Below are positions 44,993 through 59,400 of a stretch of DNA of 64,000 nt, piece by piece. The notes beneath the pieces were generated by a model. The model saw only the letters and a program-made list of their open reading frames with translations. It had not been told where the DNA came from and searched no databases. The stretch spans positions 496,001 through 560,000 of the forward strand of contig NW_026935080.1 in assembly GCF_032062105.1 (NCBI RefSeq), read 5' to 3'. Source of the DNA: Saccostrea cucullata. Taxonomy: Eukaryota. Each line of letters begins with the position of its first letter. Position 1 is the stretch's first letter. Made by a program: the position numbers and the translations under genes.

Positions 44993-47849
44993 GGCAAGTA
45001 ACTTCTTTGATAATGGCTGCTACCCCATGAGACCCCTGGACTAACGCTCTGGACCAGTAGGCTAGATCTCTCTGAGTCTCCACTCTAAATATGTGTGTTT
45101 CAACACCATTTCGAGTGCCACACCTTGTACCAAAAGTCAGGACATCAGTCCCTGCATTCGGATTACTGAGTCTACCAGAATGTACCAATCTGTATAAAAA
45201 GAATAAAAAAACAAATTTATTATCAGGTTATGTCCCCAACTATATACCGGCTAAGCATCATCATTACGAAAAGAAAGCCATGTACCGAGTAATTATAACC
45301 ACTTCAACACACCAGGATCGTGTGATACAGTGCAAACTAGTTTGCTTGTTCTGAATTATTTATTTTAATCTGATACTCTGCCTTCTTCTGTGGTTTCAAT
45401 AAATCAATATATTAACAGTAATTGCATCTATACGTTCATCATTTCATTCAGAACATTGCATAGAAAAATTTAACCAAAGACTCATAAGCCACAATGCTCA
45501 CCTGAAAAGTCTACATATAATTATATACATGTATATTTTTTTACCCACTTTCAGCAAGAGTGGGGGATATTAATTTTGGACTAGTTGCATGTCCTTAAGC
45601 TTCTGTCTGTATTAAATTTTGTGATTTTTTTTTTATATCACAACTCCTGATCCTTACCATGATTTTTTGTCTGTCAATTCATAACTTCACATTCTAAATG
45701 TCACTTATAGTTTCTTGGATGATAGGACAAAAAGGTAAAATTCAAACATTATTAATATCAGTTTCCAGTTAAAAACTTAAAAGTATCACAACTCCCATGG
45801 CCTAAAAAAAGTCTTCACTGACTTGGTGAAAAGGTCAAAGTTTAAGGTCTGAAATGAAATATATTCTGTTGTGTGTAATACTTTAATTTTTAAGACAATG
45901 TGTCAAAAACCTTTGAAGTTTCAATAAAATTTGATTTCACAACTCAATTCATTTTTTCAAAAGGACAAACGCTGGTAAAATCATACATGTAATTACAGAT
46001 TATATAAAGTTTTCTGAGCTTTTTGAATAAAGTATTTCTTAAAGAAAATTACTGAATTTTAGGAAAAGGTCAAGAAAATTGAACATGCAAAATAAACTTT
46101 CTGGAGATAAATTGACCTTCCTTATGGCCTTTAAATAGTAATTCAGAACATATAGTACTCTCATCTTGATTTGTGGTCAGAAGGACAAAGTTTAGTTACA
46201 GAAAATGATAAAATAACGTTCTTTTTACAAAAAAAAAACAATTAAACATTTTATCCATTTTTTGAATTGTTTGAAAAAGTCAACTCACCTTGTGGCAAGC
46301 AGGGGGTGGCTTTGGAATGGAGTAGCCCATTCTTCTTTACTCCAGGGAGCTGTGTCATACAGGAGCATGTCATTGTCTGTTAATGCTATAAATACTGGCT
46401 TCCAAGTCAAACTTCCCTGCTCATTCATAAGCTGCCAAAGAAGAAACTTGATAACTTTTATGTCAATAAATTGTAATGATTATAATACAAAAAGTTCTTA
46501 CTTTGTTTTACTTTTATGATAAAATCAAGGATACATATAGCTGTTTTTGTTTTCACATGAAAAATATAGTTACTGACTTGATTAAATGTATTTAAGGGCT
46601 TCCTTTTTAGATGTGAGGTCCAAACTGATAAGAATAGATATTAAGTAATACTGCATCTCTGGACAAGTCACAAACCTGTTCTGAGAGCCATCCAATATGT
46701 TTAATTTCTCTGGAGTTTGGAGCTGAGGACATAACTTGGTTTGCTTCTACGATACACTGACTTAATAATAACGTGACATTTGAATGAATGGCATTAAACC
46801 AATCACTGGCAATGGCTGCATCTGGAAATCTTATAATGCAGGTGGATTTTCCATCAGGTGAATGTAATTCAATAGTGCGTTTTTCTGGGTCAGACATACT
46901 GAGATTTCGACATAGGTAGCAAAGTTTCAGTGGTATAGTTTTTGTTTCTGTCCAATTAGCCCTGGCTGCATCCCTCTGGGCCTCCTGACTTCCCCATCCT
47001 AATTCATTTAATGCTGAAATCTTCCGAAAGCAGGGACTGAAATCTGTGATATATTTCACTGTCAAAAAGAAAAGAAAAAGATTTCATCAAAGTGATTATT
47101 AAATGATTAAAGGGGGATAATTCAACTTGAAAAATGTCAAAATATAATGTACAGCTACAATCCCTGAGGATTCAACATGAATTGTTACTATTTATCATTA
47201 GAAATACCTATATGGAACATGTTCCATTTCTTCACATTCACCCCCTAAAATTACAGATCCACCCCCTCCACATGGAAATCCTTACCCATAGTCACAGGTA
47301 AGCAAATAAATTTTCCCAGCAATCATGTATGACCAAATAAAGCAATCTTCAAATCTGTCCTATAAATTAAATTCTGATTGATTCACTGTTTAATTCAATA
47401 TCTTTACCCTCAAGTTCCACGATTTTCTTGGCCTTTTTAAGTGCTCTAACAGCTTCGTCATGGGTTGCCTCTCTCAGATCTTCTCCATTAACTGATAAGA
47501 TGGCGTCGCCGACGTACAATTTTTCTGTTTTATCTGCTGCCATCCCTTTAAATATTTTACTAATGAGTATTGGCATTTTGTTTTCTTTGCCTCCTTTGAT
47601 GCTAATTCCCAGTCCATTTTGTTCCTCCTTGATTACTCTCACAAGCCGCTTTTGTCCAGCAATAGATTCAGGTAATTGGTCATGTCTAGAGGTCGTGCTG
47701 TCCGCACTGATGTTAAGGGGAAGTGACTTATTCAAATTTTCATCAAGTGCCAACGTTATACTGTCTTCATTTAAGGTTACAAATACTTTACACCACTGCT
47801 GCCGTATGTATACCTCGAAAGATCCCGACCTCGGCGAAATGGCCGCCAT
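44993..47849 (-). CDS. SNTB1: Beta-syntrophin (split PH, PDZ, PH2), four intact exons
   Basis: Exons 47408-47849, 46676-47058, 46289-46431 and 44993-45189 are in phase. The PDZ domain reads [28 protein letters not shown], followed by [33 protein letters not shown] and [11 protein letters not shown]. Confidence 0.9.
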
Positions 47850-47917
47850 TTTGACAACCATCGTATCACGTGACTAATATTTGTATCACGTGAGCTTGAA
47901 GACATATACGCGGGAAA
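47841..47917. promoter_or_regulatory. Compact syntrophin promoter motifs
   Basis: YY1-type GCCGCCATTTTG over the ATG, twin TCACGTGA E-boxes at 47866 and 47886, and E2F-type GCGGGAAA at 47910. Confidence 0.5.
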
Positions 47918-48514
47918 TGTTTGTAAACCCCTTTCTCTTCGTTTCTTCATTTTGGGATATAGAATAAAATATATTTTATTTGCCAGTCATGGTCTCACTA
48001 GGGTTTTACAGAATTACAAGCATGATTTTTAGCATACAATAGGAAAAAAAGCCACATCGACAAAATGACTAATGGATAATCATATCGCGCCACTTTTATT
48101 AGGCCTATACCCCGACTTGAAATATGGGAGGATATATAGTGTCCGTCCGTCCATCTAGATGGGGTACCCATTTCTTATCCGCAACTCCTCTTGTACAACT
48201 AAATGAATTTATTGAGACTTTCACAGAATCTATGTTACATATTGCATTGTGCACAGGTCTATTTTACTTTTTGATCTGACATGTATTTTGGGTTTGAGCA
48301 AACCATGGACACTGCAATTCTTTCTATACTTTTGAATGGTACCTATCACTTATCTACAACTCCTTCAATACCACCGAATAAAATTTAATGATAATGTCAG
48401 AGATTCTTCATTACATGCACATAATGCTATTTTGCACTTCCTATACCTTTTGATCTGTCACTTAAATCTTTAATATTTCGGGTCTCCCAGAGCAAAACAT
48501 GGGCTTGGCCATTA

Positions 48515-50998
48515 ATTAATATGTTTTACGGTGTGACCGTTGGGGCGAGCGCAGTTGTACCATCAAAAACACTTGAGATATACTTCGAACGTGTGCACGA
48601 GATATCTACTACCTGTGACGTCATACGACGTTTCAGCTTACAGAACTGCCGAGCGTCTGATGAAACTATAGAACAAGTGCAATTTTTGTCGAAAAACATT
48701 GCAGAGTTATTTCTTGTTTCTTTGAAAGATTTTTACAAACTGAAAGTCTGATATATGCTTTACGTCATTATTTATTTATTTATTCGGCAATATTCGCGAG
48801 GACATTGGGTAGTGCAGGAATTTTGTTGCACAGAGAAATTTTTGTATGTACAATTTTCCGAATTTCCTCTGTTCTTACACGTTAGTTGAGCTCGCTTGGA
48901 GCGTCGCTTCGCGACGCTCGCTGCGCTCCTAATTCTACGGTGTGACCTATACATTTTGAAGCTGTGACGTCATACGACGTCAAAAAGCTCGACGGAGCTT
49001 ATACAGCCAGCGTCTGTGTGTAACACTATGCAATTTTTGATGAAAAACATTGCAATAAATCTTGTTTCTTTGAAAGATTTCTACAAACTGAAAGTCTGAT
49101 ATATATGCTTTACGAGATTTATTTATTGGCAATATTCGCGCAAAAACATCTGGGTATGCAGGAATTTGTGGAATGTTGCACAGAGAAATTTGGCTGACGT
49201 ATGTCGCCCATTCTCAGTAATAATGTGCAATTACGGTATATCAGAGACGTAAAATTCAACTTGAGTATCATTTTTTCCTGCAAAGTTTTTTGATAATTCT
49301 GAGTTGTATGGTAAAATATCCATAACACCAATGTGTTGATGACAAAATTATGACAAATTGAAATACATTGCTTTAAAATCACCCCAATATATACGTTACT
49401 GTGTATATTGATTTAGGAAATACAATGTCACTTTAGAAAACATTTAATGCAGGAATATAAATCATGCAAGGGCAAATAACTTCCCTACTTTTTAAGGCAT
49501 AAGAGTCAATAAACCTCTTTTTTATGTCAACTGAAGAACACTTTGAATAAATACTGAATAAAGTATCTTACTTACTTATTACTTCTAATGCTTTCATGAA
49601 AAACATGACCTGTATTAAATTGAAATTTGGACATGAAAAATCAATAAATTTAAAAACAATCATAATTATAATATTTTTAAAGAATAATATACGGTTTCAG
49701 AATTGTGTACGTCTAATGTAACGTAAGATTAAATAAGGTAATTCTGTAACATCTCCGTAATTAGATTACACTGTTTGAATACCATATGGATAAGTTTACT
49801 CTATTTTGAAAATCCAGACTATAACTGAATCAGAATATGAAAACAAATGATAAAATATTACGTTACTGTTTGAACGTAAAATGGCATTTGTACTAGCTAT
49901 TGATTTCTTGGGTTAAAGTTTAAAATCTTGCAATTTTTGTGTTTTTTCTTAAGGTATATAACTATCAAATTGTGTTTCTATTGAAATAAACTGAAATTTA
50001 TAAACAAAGCAAAGAGCAGATTTTGTAGTGATTGTCAACTATAATTTAAAATTAGACTTCTGTCAACATCTCTCTAGTTAAAAAAAAAGAAATGAAAAAT
50101 TAAACGAAAATCGAACTTTAAGATTTACTGATATGCATGTACTACATTGATATTTATTGCATATCTGTATTTACAACCATGATTTTCTTACTTTAAACAT
50201 CAAGTAATGAGGTACATCATGTGGAAATGTTCAAGAATTGCGTAATATTCTTTCCGTAAGTATTGGTAACGTATGTAAATTCCGGTAAGTTAATACACTG
50301 TACATCAAATGTTAGAATGATTTAAAAATGTGTATGCAATAAAAAATATGAACCATTTCCATCATATAAGCACCATTAATGGCCTAACACATTTATATAC
50401 TTTTAATAAATGTATAACGTTATACAACCGACGAAGTTTTATTGCATATAAGTCGTTTGAAAATATTTCAAGGAAAGTTAATATCAGATAAATTTTACAA
50501 GATAGTCAGGTGTCTCTGTTTGATTTTCTTGAAAATGAAAATATATTTCATAATTTACAAGCTCAGTTATATGATGGCGTTACGTAGGTATCAAACAACT
50601 GGGCGACAACGACATGCTGCAAAATATTTGCCATTTACATGTGATTTATGTTTTACTTTTATATACTCTCATATGGTGTGCAGTAAATTTCTGTGCATAA
50701 AAATACACGTTTATTAGATTTGAGTTTTTCAATTATGTTTTATTTTTGAAATACGGATTTGGCGACAGTAACGTATGTATTGTTTTCATAAATTCAGAGA
50801 CGTATTTATCCGGAAGACTTTTCCCGAAAAGATGTTTCACGGACCATAACGTTGGTTTACTTGCTCGTGCTGAAAAACATTCTTATATTATTAACCCCCC
50901 ATTAACCACCTTATTGCTGAGAACCATTTCCGAATTTCCTCTGTTCTTACACGTTAGTCTATTGAGCTCGCTTCGCGACGCTCGCTGCGCTCGCTATA
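48515..50998 (+). mobile_element. Helentron-like repeat cluster with internal ~350-bp duplication
   Basis: CTGTGACGTCATACGACGT...TGTTGCACAGAGAAATTT occurs at ~48613 and ~48962. A shared 3' end (TTTCCGAATTTCCTCTGTTCTTACACGTTAG...CGCTTCGCGACGCTCGCTGCGCTC) occurs at ~48856 and ~50927. Confidence 0.55.
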
Positions 50999-51099
50999 AT
51001 CATATGGGAGGCGGGATATCACTTGGTGACCTAGGTGCTCAAAGTACCCTTAGTTTTGTAATTTGACTTGACAATATTTGTTTCATGTGAGCTGTCAAT

Positions 51100-52340
51100 T
51101 ATTTTCTGCTCTCTCTTTTGAAAAACGATACTACTAATGATACTTGGTGTCAAATGGAGATCAGTTCAATTGCCTAAATCTATATCGGACATCAACTGGT
51201 ACCATAAATGAATTATGTTTGATAGTATTGATCATGCGCAGATCTGGAATTTGTAGAATAATTAAATGTATATACGAAACCAAGTAAAAGTGGCCTTGGA
51301 ACCCCCCCCCCCCCACCACCACTAGAAAACGGTGATCCTTCCTCACTACATGTTCTATGTGTATGTGATAATGGTGTGAAAAGTCATTAGTAGGAAGCAT
51401 CCACCCCCACCCACCCCCACACACGCGCGAAATAGGTATTTCACATTTTGGAAAGAATTTACTTTTTTTTGTTTTTTTTTTTGTTTTTTGATCATCCCTA
51501 AGGCAAATATGCTGACATCTCTCTCTCTCTCTCTCATGAGGGGGGAGGGGTCCGTTTTACTTCATCAACGTTTTTCAATACGAATTGTTGTCCAGATGTG
51601 TTATGCATGGGTTTCAAACATTATAGCATCGTTGAGTTGAATTATTTCGAATATGAAAAAATAACACTGAACTGTATTTTACGATCAAAATATTTCAAAT
51701 TTTAATTCACACTAAAGTCTTGCAACTCTTTTCCCATTTATTTTACAGCAAATATGCTGACATCTCTCTCTCTCTCTCTCAATATCTCGAGAACCCTTTG
51801 AGCTTTTCAATGAAATTTTCTAGCTCTCTCTTTGGAAAAAGAATTACTAATGATTTTGGTGTCAAATGGAGGTCATAAATAAGCAAATTGCCTAAAAATC
51901 TATCCATCACATCAACTATTGCAATGAAATTTTTTTTCAGTATTGATACAAAAGGTCAATTGTAAATTTAAATTCTCTCTGTGTCCAGATGTGTGGCTAT
52001 GCAATGTACCCCCCCCCAAAACCCCCCACCACCACCACCACTCAGAAAAGTCCTTCCTCACGTTTGTTCTATGTGTATGTGATAATGGTATGAAAAGTCT
52101 ATTTTTAAACATTATACACACGCGCATAGGTATTTGAAAAAAATATATACATGTATGTGAGTTGCAAATATTACATCTCTCTCTCTCTCTCTCTCATGAG
52201 GAATATGTGTGAAAAAAAAACATATACAGTGTGATAAATACATGTGAAAAAATCTTCTATACACTGTATTTTACGATCAAAATATTTCAAATTTTAATTC
52301 ACACTAAAGTCTTGCAACTCTTTTCCCATTTATTTTACAG
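51100..52340 (+). repeat. Local tandem duplication upstream of GGCT, including its splice acceptor
   Basis: 51105-51540 resembles 51824-52200. A 78-bp block is identical at 51671-51748 and 52263-52340. Confidence 0.85.
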
Positions 52341-52342
52341 AA

Positions 52343-54363
52343 ATGACGGGCACATTTTTGTACTTTGCGTATGGAAGTAATTTATTACGACAAAGGTTGA
52401 CCCTACAGAACCCATCTGCTGTATTCCAAGGTGTGGGACATCTCAAGGTAGTCTTCATAATTTATAGTTGAAAATCATGATCAGCAAACATTATTAAATG
52501 TTTACAGAATTTCCATAATGCAATATCGAAAAAAAAATGAAGGAAAAATATATATCATCTCTATTTCAAATTAAAGTTTCTATATACAATTATAATGTAC
52601 ATTTAGTGAGTAAATGTTTACTAATTTGTAAATAATTCAATTTTTTAAAGAATTTCAGATTGGATTTCAAATCCCCATCAGACCCAAAAGGATCTCGCTG
52701 GCGCGGAGGTGCTGCCACCATTGAACCGCATCCCGAGGGGACAGTTTGGGGGGTTATATGGATGTTAGACATTAAAGATAAATCCAGTCTTGACCGGTGC
52801 GTATATTCAGTTGTAAATCTTAAATAAACTGATTTGATTTAAAAGACCTGTGAACCGGTCAGCTTTTGTACATTGCTTCTGTATTTTAAAACCCATTATC
52901 ATTTATCAGGAGAGTTTTTCTGGCCTTGATTCAAGGTCATACACCCAGTACAGGGACGTAGAACCGGGGGGGGGGGGGGGGCTGGCACTTTTTTTTTGTT
53001 CCCAACATTACTTTTACTATTGGAAATGTCTACTGAAAGGCTGGTTAGCCCCCCCCCCCCACTTTATACTACAAGCTAATGATATCAAGGAAATGTAGTA
53101 CTGAATGCCAAAAAATTGGTACTGAAAAAAGTTTGGGGTAGAAAAAACTTTGTCTCTAACACCCCCCCCCCCACACACACACACACCACGAAATAGGATT
53201 TTCGAATTTGGGCAATTTTCCTTTTTTGTTTTTTTTTTTTTTGCTTGTCAACTTTTTTAAAGGTAAGTCAAAAAAAAAAATTTTCTCCGGCTGGCCCCCC
53301 CACTTTCAAAAACGATGCTACGTGGCTGCAGTACCAAGGTCAATGAGCAGCGAGATATTAAAACATGCAAATCTATACTTCTGGAACTCTTTAGTATTTA
53401 TTCTGGAAATGCATAACTTGGGCTTTAACCTTATAAACCATATTCAAAATGGATTTAAATTCATGTACTCTATGTCATATTGACCAACTCTGGGATCGTT
53501 AAGAGTAATGCAGTCAAACTAAACCATTACTCTTCATGGCCTAAAGACATACATGTATTTACTCAAATGTTAAGCTTGCAAAACACCACAAAGTAACAAT
53601 CTCCATCATCCAAATTCTGTCAAGGAATATACCGGTATCTGCATCATTACTGGATATTCAGTATTTCATGATCCAATGCCACCTTTTTGAGGTTAAACAG
53701 TGCTGGCCTGTGGTATTGCAGGCATTTTCATGTTTTATAACAAAAAAAAACAACATATTTTTGTCCTTCTTATGAACTCTGTCTTATTTTATCACATTTA
53801 CTCCTTTGTACAGTGGATAGAGCTCATTGGAAATTATTTTCATATCCACGGTTGTGACATATAAAGGGTTTTTGTATGAATTAATTTGATCTAGTTTTGT
53901 GGATTTACATACTATAGATCCTTTGGATTGTAAATGGATATGTTTTTTTTTTATATTATTCATTGTCTATTTATAAATTCAATCAATAAGGCTTAGCAAT
54001 AAAAGCACACAAAATGGATTAAAAAAATCATATCCAACCACCAACCAAGGGATACCCCATCTACAGATGTACATTGTATATTTCAGACAAGAAGGAATAT
54101 ATGATGCCATAAATGTGGACATTATTTCTCCTGACAACAAAATATACAGTAACTGTCGTACCTACGTCATGCAGAAGGACTACATCACTGATCGCTATGA
54201 CAACCGCCCCTCTCCAAACTACAAAGATGTTCTAGTTCGGGGAGCTCAGCAGAACAACATACCTCAGACTTATATAGAATTCCTACAGACTTTAGAAGAC
54301 AATGGATATTCTGGCAACATTCCAGTGTACAATCAAGTTTTGGATTCTCTAAAACAATCTTAA
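52343..54363 (+). CDS. GGCT: Gamma-glutamylcyclotransferase, 3 coding exons, 175 aa
   Basis: Exons 52343-52447, 52651-52796 and 54087-54363. Motifs are FLYFAYGSNLL, RWRGGAATI, VWGVIW, SLDRQEG, CRTY and PSPNYKDVLVRGA. Confidence 0.93.
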
Positions 54364-54576
54364 TTGTTGACACAGATTTTTCCTATAATTTGGTCATTAT
54401 ATGGAACAGGTCAATGGCTTATAAAAATCTGTAAAAACTTGTGTATTTATATGTGATTTGATTTTTTAATATCAAGACAGTTTCAATAATAAATAATATA
54501 CCTTTTTTTCAGAAATAAACAGTGTTCACACGAAAACAAAGCATCACTTTCATAATTCATCACTCACTCACATTCT

Positions 54577-55349
54577 CAGGGTTGCAAATAACCACTCGCC
54601 CACTCGCAAATGCGAGTAAATTTTCTTGTTGGCGACCAGCTCTTGAGAATATTATCGCCCACATGGCGAGTAAGAATTTTATCGGACCTTTTCCAGAATC
54701 AGATCGTAGTTTGGTTCAACTATTCCATGTACTTTCGTTTTCATATCCCAGGCGGATTTTTCTGTGTTTGATAATTCAGCTGATTCCATTTTTCAAATAT
54801 TAATTGTAGCTTTATTTGAGATACAAAACATGTCAATCTAGTCAACGTTTACCTTAAATTTAAAGAGTAATCATTATTGTAACAAGAATTCCCCCATTCT
54901 TTTTCTGCCGCTATAGGCAGCCATGTTGGGTGTCCACTGTAAATATAACACCTGGTTAATTCAGTCCAGGTGTGTTTGGCTCCATTATTTATTAAAAAAA
55001 CGACATACTGACCCTTGGTTGTTTGGGAATGTTACAAGAATCAAATATTTTTTAAGCCTAATTCAAAATACATGCCCTGAAACAACTAAAATCAAGAGAG
55101 GCAAACTTGAATTGAATGATAACATGGAATTTCATACATTTAGTAGTGTAAAAGTCTGCAGGAAAAATTTGAAAAGATATAATGAAATACTATGGCCATA
55201 AAGTATTTTTCTCTTATGTTTTCATATGAAAAGATTTTTTAAAAAGTGAAAAAAGATTGTGGGCCCCATAAAATCAATGTGGGCTAGTAAAATTTGTGAA
55301 GTTGGGGGCCCACATGGCCCCAAAGGTTTAAATGTTATTTGCAACCCTG
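54577..55349. mobile_element. Non-autonomous hAT-like element with 5-bp TSD
   Basis: Perfect 16-bp TIR CAGGGTTGCAAATAAC, flanked by ATTCT on both sides. Confidence 0.8.
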
Positions 55350-56464
55350 ATTCTCTTCAAGTACAGTTAAAACATTTCTCTCCCACATAATATAATACTA
55401 CACACACACACACTACAATATCTCACTTTCACTAAGCAATCTTACTTACTTCACAAGCAGTTATACAAACTGATTAGAATAAACAGAAAAGAAGACAACA
55501 AAGCTGACTGTTAGCTACTATGTGATGTACATGGATAATAAATCTTAGTGCAGTAGGAAATTACAGTACATGCACCTCAAAACTAAAGGATATTTACTGA
55601 CAACAGAGTTTTACAGACTCGAATGTACAAATACACTTGTAAGCTACTGCCTTTCAATATACCAATGTTCTTCACAATAACACAAATCTTGCGCATCAGC
55701 TGCCACAAAGTGGCTTCAAAACAAAGCAGGTATACAGAACAGTCCATTTTGAAAGCACAATTTAAATATGGACTTGATAATTCAAATACTTCATGAAAAT
55801 CAAAGAAAGTGTTGAACAAGAATGTAAAACAGTCTATAAAATTGTATTTTTGAGAGGAAGTTAAGCCCCATTTCTTAATAGAAATTATGTACTATTCTGC
55901 AAATGAAATGTATATGGACGGATACATTTGTATAAACATGCTACTGTTCCACGGGTTAAAAAAATATGCAGTAATAAAGTTCATTATCTTTAAGTTGATA
56001 ATCTGTTAATATTGAATGGACCTTTGTGTGAAATTATTTTTCATATTCATTTTTTTTCTTAGTTTGAACACATTCAAGCTCTAAATTTTTAGGAAAAGGC
56101 ACATTCTGAGTTCAAAGTAAAAGTACAAGATACTGATGAATTTTTCTCGCTAACAATATTCATTAATTTAAGCTTAACCCCCAGGAACAGTGCCAACTTT
56201 TCTGGAATGTACTCTTTAAAAATCCTGCCAAACACAGAAAATGCGTTCAATAAACAAGGAGGATATCGATATACAATAAACCTTTAAAATCAGTGATCAA
56301 AGGAATGCAGCTCTATTTTAATTATACAGTATAAATAAACAAAAGTTTACAAAATATTGGACGGAGGTAGAGATAAAAAATTGTGTTTTGCAAAAAAAAA
56401 AAGACATACAATGTATGTTGGCAACGGAGATAATTTGAAAAGAAAACTACTAAAATTCTAAGTA

Positions 56465-59400
56465 TCAGTGTTGTTGTCCAAAAGAATGTCCCATTAATGA
56501 AAATCCTGCACCGATGTGCATATCGTGATCATTCATATCATGGTCGTCATCGTCCTCCGGCCCTCCGTGCATCGACGTTACTGTGATCCCCATACTCAGA
56601 TCAACATTGCGACCTTCCTTCTCCTGATCAAAAAAGATACAGACATGATCATAGAGGTCAAGCAGTATGTTCACTAAAGATATACATGTATATTTAAACT
56701 CTGTAAAGGGATATGGTTCAGGAAAAAATGCATCAAAGCATTTAACATAAACTTATTACAAAAAAAATCAAAAACCTGATTTTACAGCTGACTGTGAGCT
56801 GAGAAGTGTAAGTTGAACATTTTTAGGACCGCTATATTTTCCTTCAATACGTACCTTGGTGTATCAATGTGCTGAAGTATCAATTCAATTTCATCACCTA
56901 AACTTAGGGTATTTTGCAAAAAATTCATCTGCTAGAATCGCCCACGATGGTTTTTAAAATAATTTTCTCATTTTCAAAACTGCTAAAATATTCTTTAAAC
57001 AATAAATTCTTACAGCTCTGTAATCCAGAAACATTTCCTTGAATGCCATAAAGTCACTGAATGTCAGCAGCATCTCAAAGATTTCTCCCTCCAGCTCATT
57101 TTTTCGTTCCCTGTAAAAATATTTCATCATCATTTTCATATTCTTTTAAAGAAACTATCAAAAATACATACATATACATGTATGTAGGTTTAAATCGCCA
57201 ACTATATTGCAGTGTGGTGGGTTTGTGTAATAGACTGATAAAAAAAATGTCCAACACCCCAGATGCCCATTTAACAAAAGAATTTATGACAAAGAACAAC
57301 ATTGAATTCTGCTTTTAAATTTCTATTTACATAATTTTGAAAAAGGTTTTTACTCTTTAAAAAAAAATTAAATTAAAAAAAAAAATGTTATGGTACCCAG
57401 GGTAACAATTTTAAACAAAATAATTTGCAAAGTTTTATGATCAAATTAAGGTTTTGGTCTTTATAGTCATATGTTCTTTTGTGAAACAGGATCCAGACTG
57501 ATAAAATTATTGTTGGTGAGAAAATAAATCAGATCACTTTGCTGAAGTGGTATATGATAAAACAACAAGGTCTCATATACATGTAGCTAGCATGATAGAT
57601 GATTTGTTTTTACAAGATGCACAAAAAAGGAGTTTTGGCTGGTGTAAAAATGTTACTCTGGGACTCATGATTTTGCCTATTGATGAAACCTTTTGAGCAC
57701 AGACTAAGTAAAACAGTGTACATACTGAATACTTACATGATTGTTTTAGTGAACTCTCCCATGGAAAAATTTTCAATTCTTTTTGATAATTCCGCTTCTA
57801 GATACTTTTCTACAAGTTCTATCTGTTTGAAATTCAAAGAAAAGGGATTACTATCACAGAATTGAGGTAAAATTAAGTTTTACTACTGAAAATTTTTAAA
57901 ACATTTAAAGTATCATTTTTCTCATTCCATAATGATATGTTTGTGTGCATGTAGTGGTGTGTAGGTTGGGGTTGAGAGGGGGAGGGGCTATTATACTTAC
58001 ATATTCTCTGTGAATATCTGTATAACAGAATTTGTTTTCTTCTGTGTCCTCAAATTCAAGGTAATATTTTTCCATAAAGTCATTCTGTAAAGTCTGAAAT
58101 TCATCTTCTGTGAAGAACAAAATTAAAGAAATATACAAGCTCTGTTGTAAATTATGAAGTAAAAAGAACAAGTTTCATTTCAAAAGTTTAAAACTAAAAA
58201 AAATTACATACAACTCCAGATACGGTGTACATGAATATATGGGTAGATACATTTTGTACATTTAAAGAAACACAATTGTTTAGAGGGACTCAAGTTATAT
58301 TTCAATTTCTTTATCAACGAATTGTTGACTAAGAAATTAATGCAAGATTGTCATACCCATTATAATATCTTCAATGTGACCTACTGCTTCATCAAACTTT
58401 GTATCTATGGCATTGGAACTGTTAAAAAAAGGATATTTTAATTTTAAAGTACATAAGTGTGGCATTAAGGAAAGATAAAAACAATATATTTTGATATTTA
58501 AAAAAAAAATGCCACGGAAGTGAACATTTCTGAAGACCAATATGTAACAAAACAAATAGAAGGGGCTCTAACAAAATAAATCATACTTAAAAAATTATGA
58601 CTAAAATTACCTTGATATGGCTAAGTCTTCATCAGGAAAGGCAAATTCCATAGGTTCAATTCCATCTGTAACAAATAGATCAATTCAAAACAGCTATGCT
58701 TATTGCTGTAGGTTTTATTTAGTTTAATTTTTAATAATAAAATATGTTTGCACAATTAATTCAACCAAATTAAGATTCAAGTAAGCCTATTGACCTAACA
58801 TGTAAAGATTTTGTGTTGCAGACAAATCAAATTCTTAACAACCGCCCGCTAAAATTCTCAAATTCAGGATAAAATATGACTACTTAAAATTCAGTATTGG
58901 CCCTTTCACAAAAAATCTTAGGATTAAGACTAAACCTCCCCCCCCCCACTTCTACTATTAAATCAACATATATCTAACTTAAAGCTGAAAAATCTTATTT
59001 TTCCATAGCATATTACATTATAAATAATTTTTCAGAGAAAAACATCTTTATTGACGTATAAAAAATTTAAGAGAGGTAAAATTTTAGTCTTAGTCGTAAG
59101 ATTTTTGGTGAAAAGGGCCATGTTCCCTTATCATTCATTTAAAATTTATCAGTTGAATATATGTTTAGCTTGTCCAGGACCCACTGGGGATCTCCATCTC
59201 TCCTAACTTATTACCTCATGCCAAGCTTTGCTTCTTTGAATTTTAATGAGCAAAATTATAAATTTATTAAACAAAACCACACTGAGAAAAGTGTAAGCTA
59301 ATATTATGATTTATATGCTTTATAATTTCAAAGAATTAAGATAGGGGTTCAAAATAATAATGTCTCTTTGTTGTACACTGTGTGTATTCGTAACAGACAT

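Noticed and set aside
47428-47877. 149-aa plus-strand ORF
   Set aside because: It is the antisense shadow of syntrophin exon 1.
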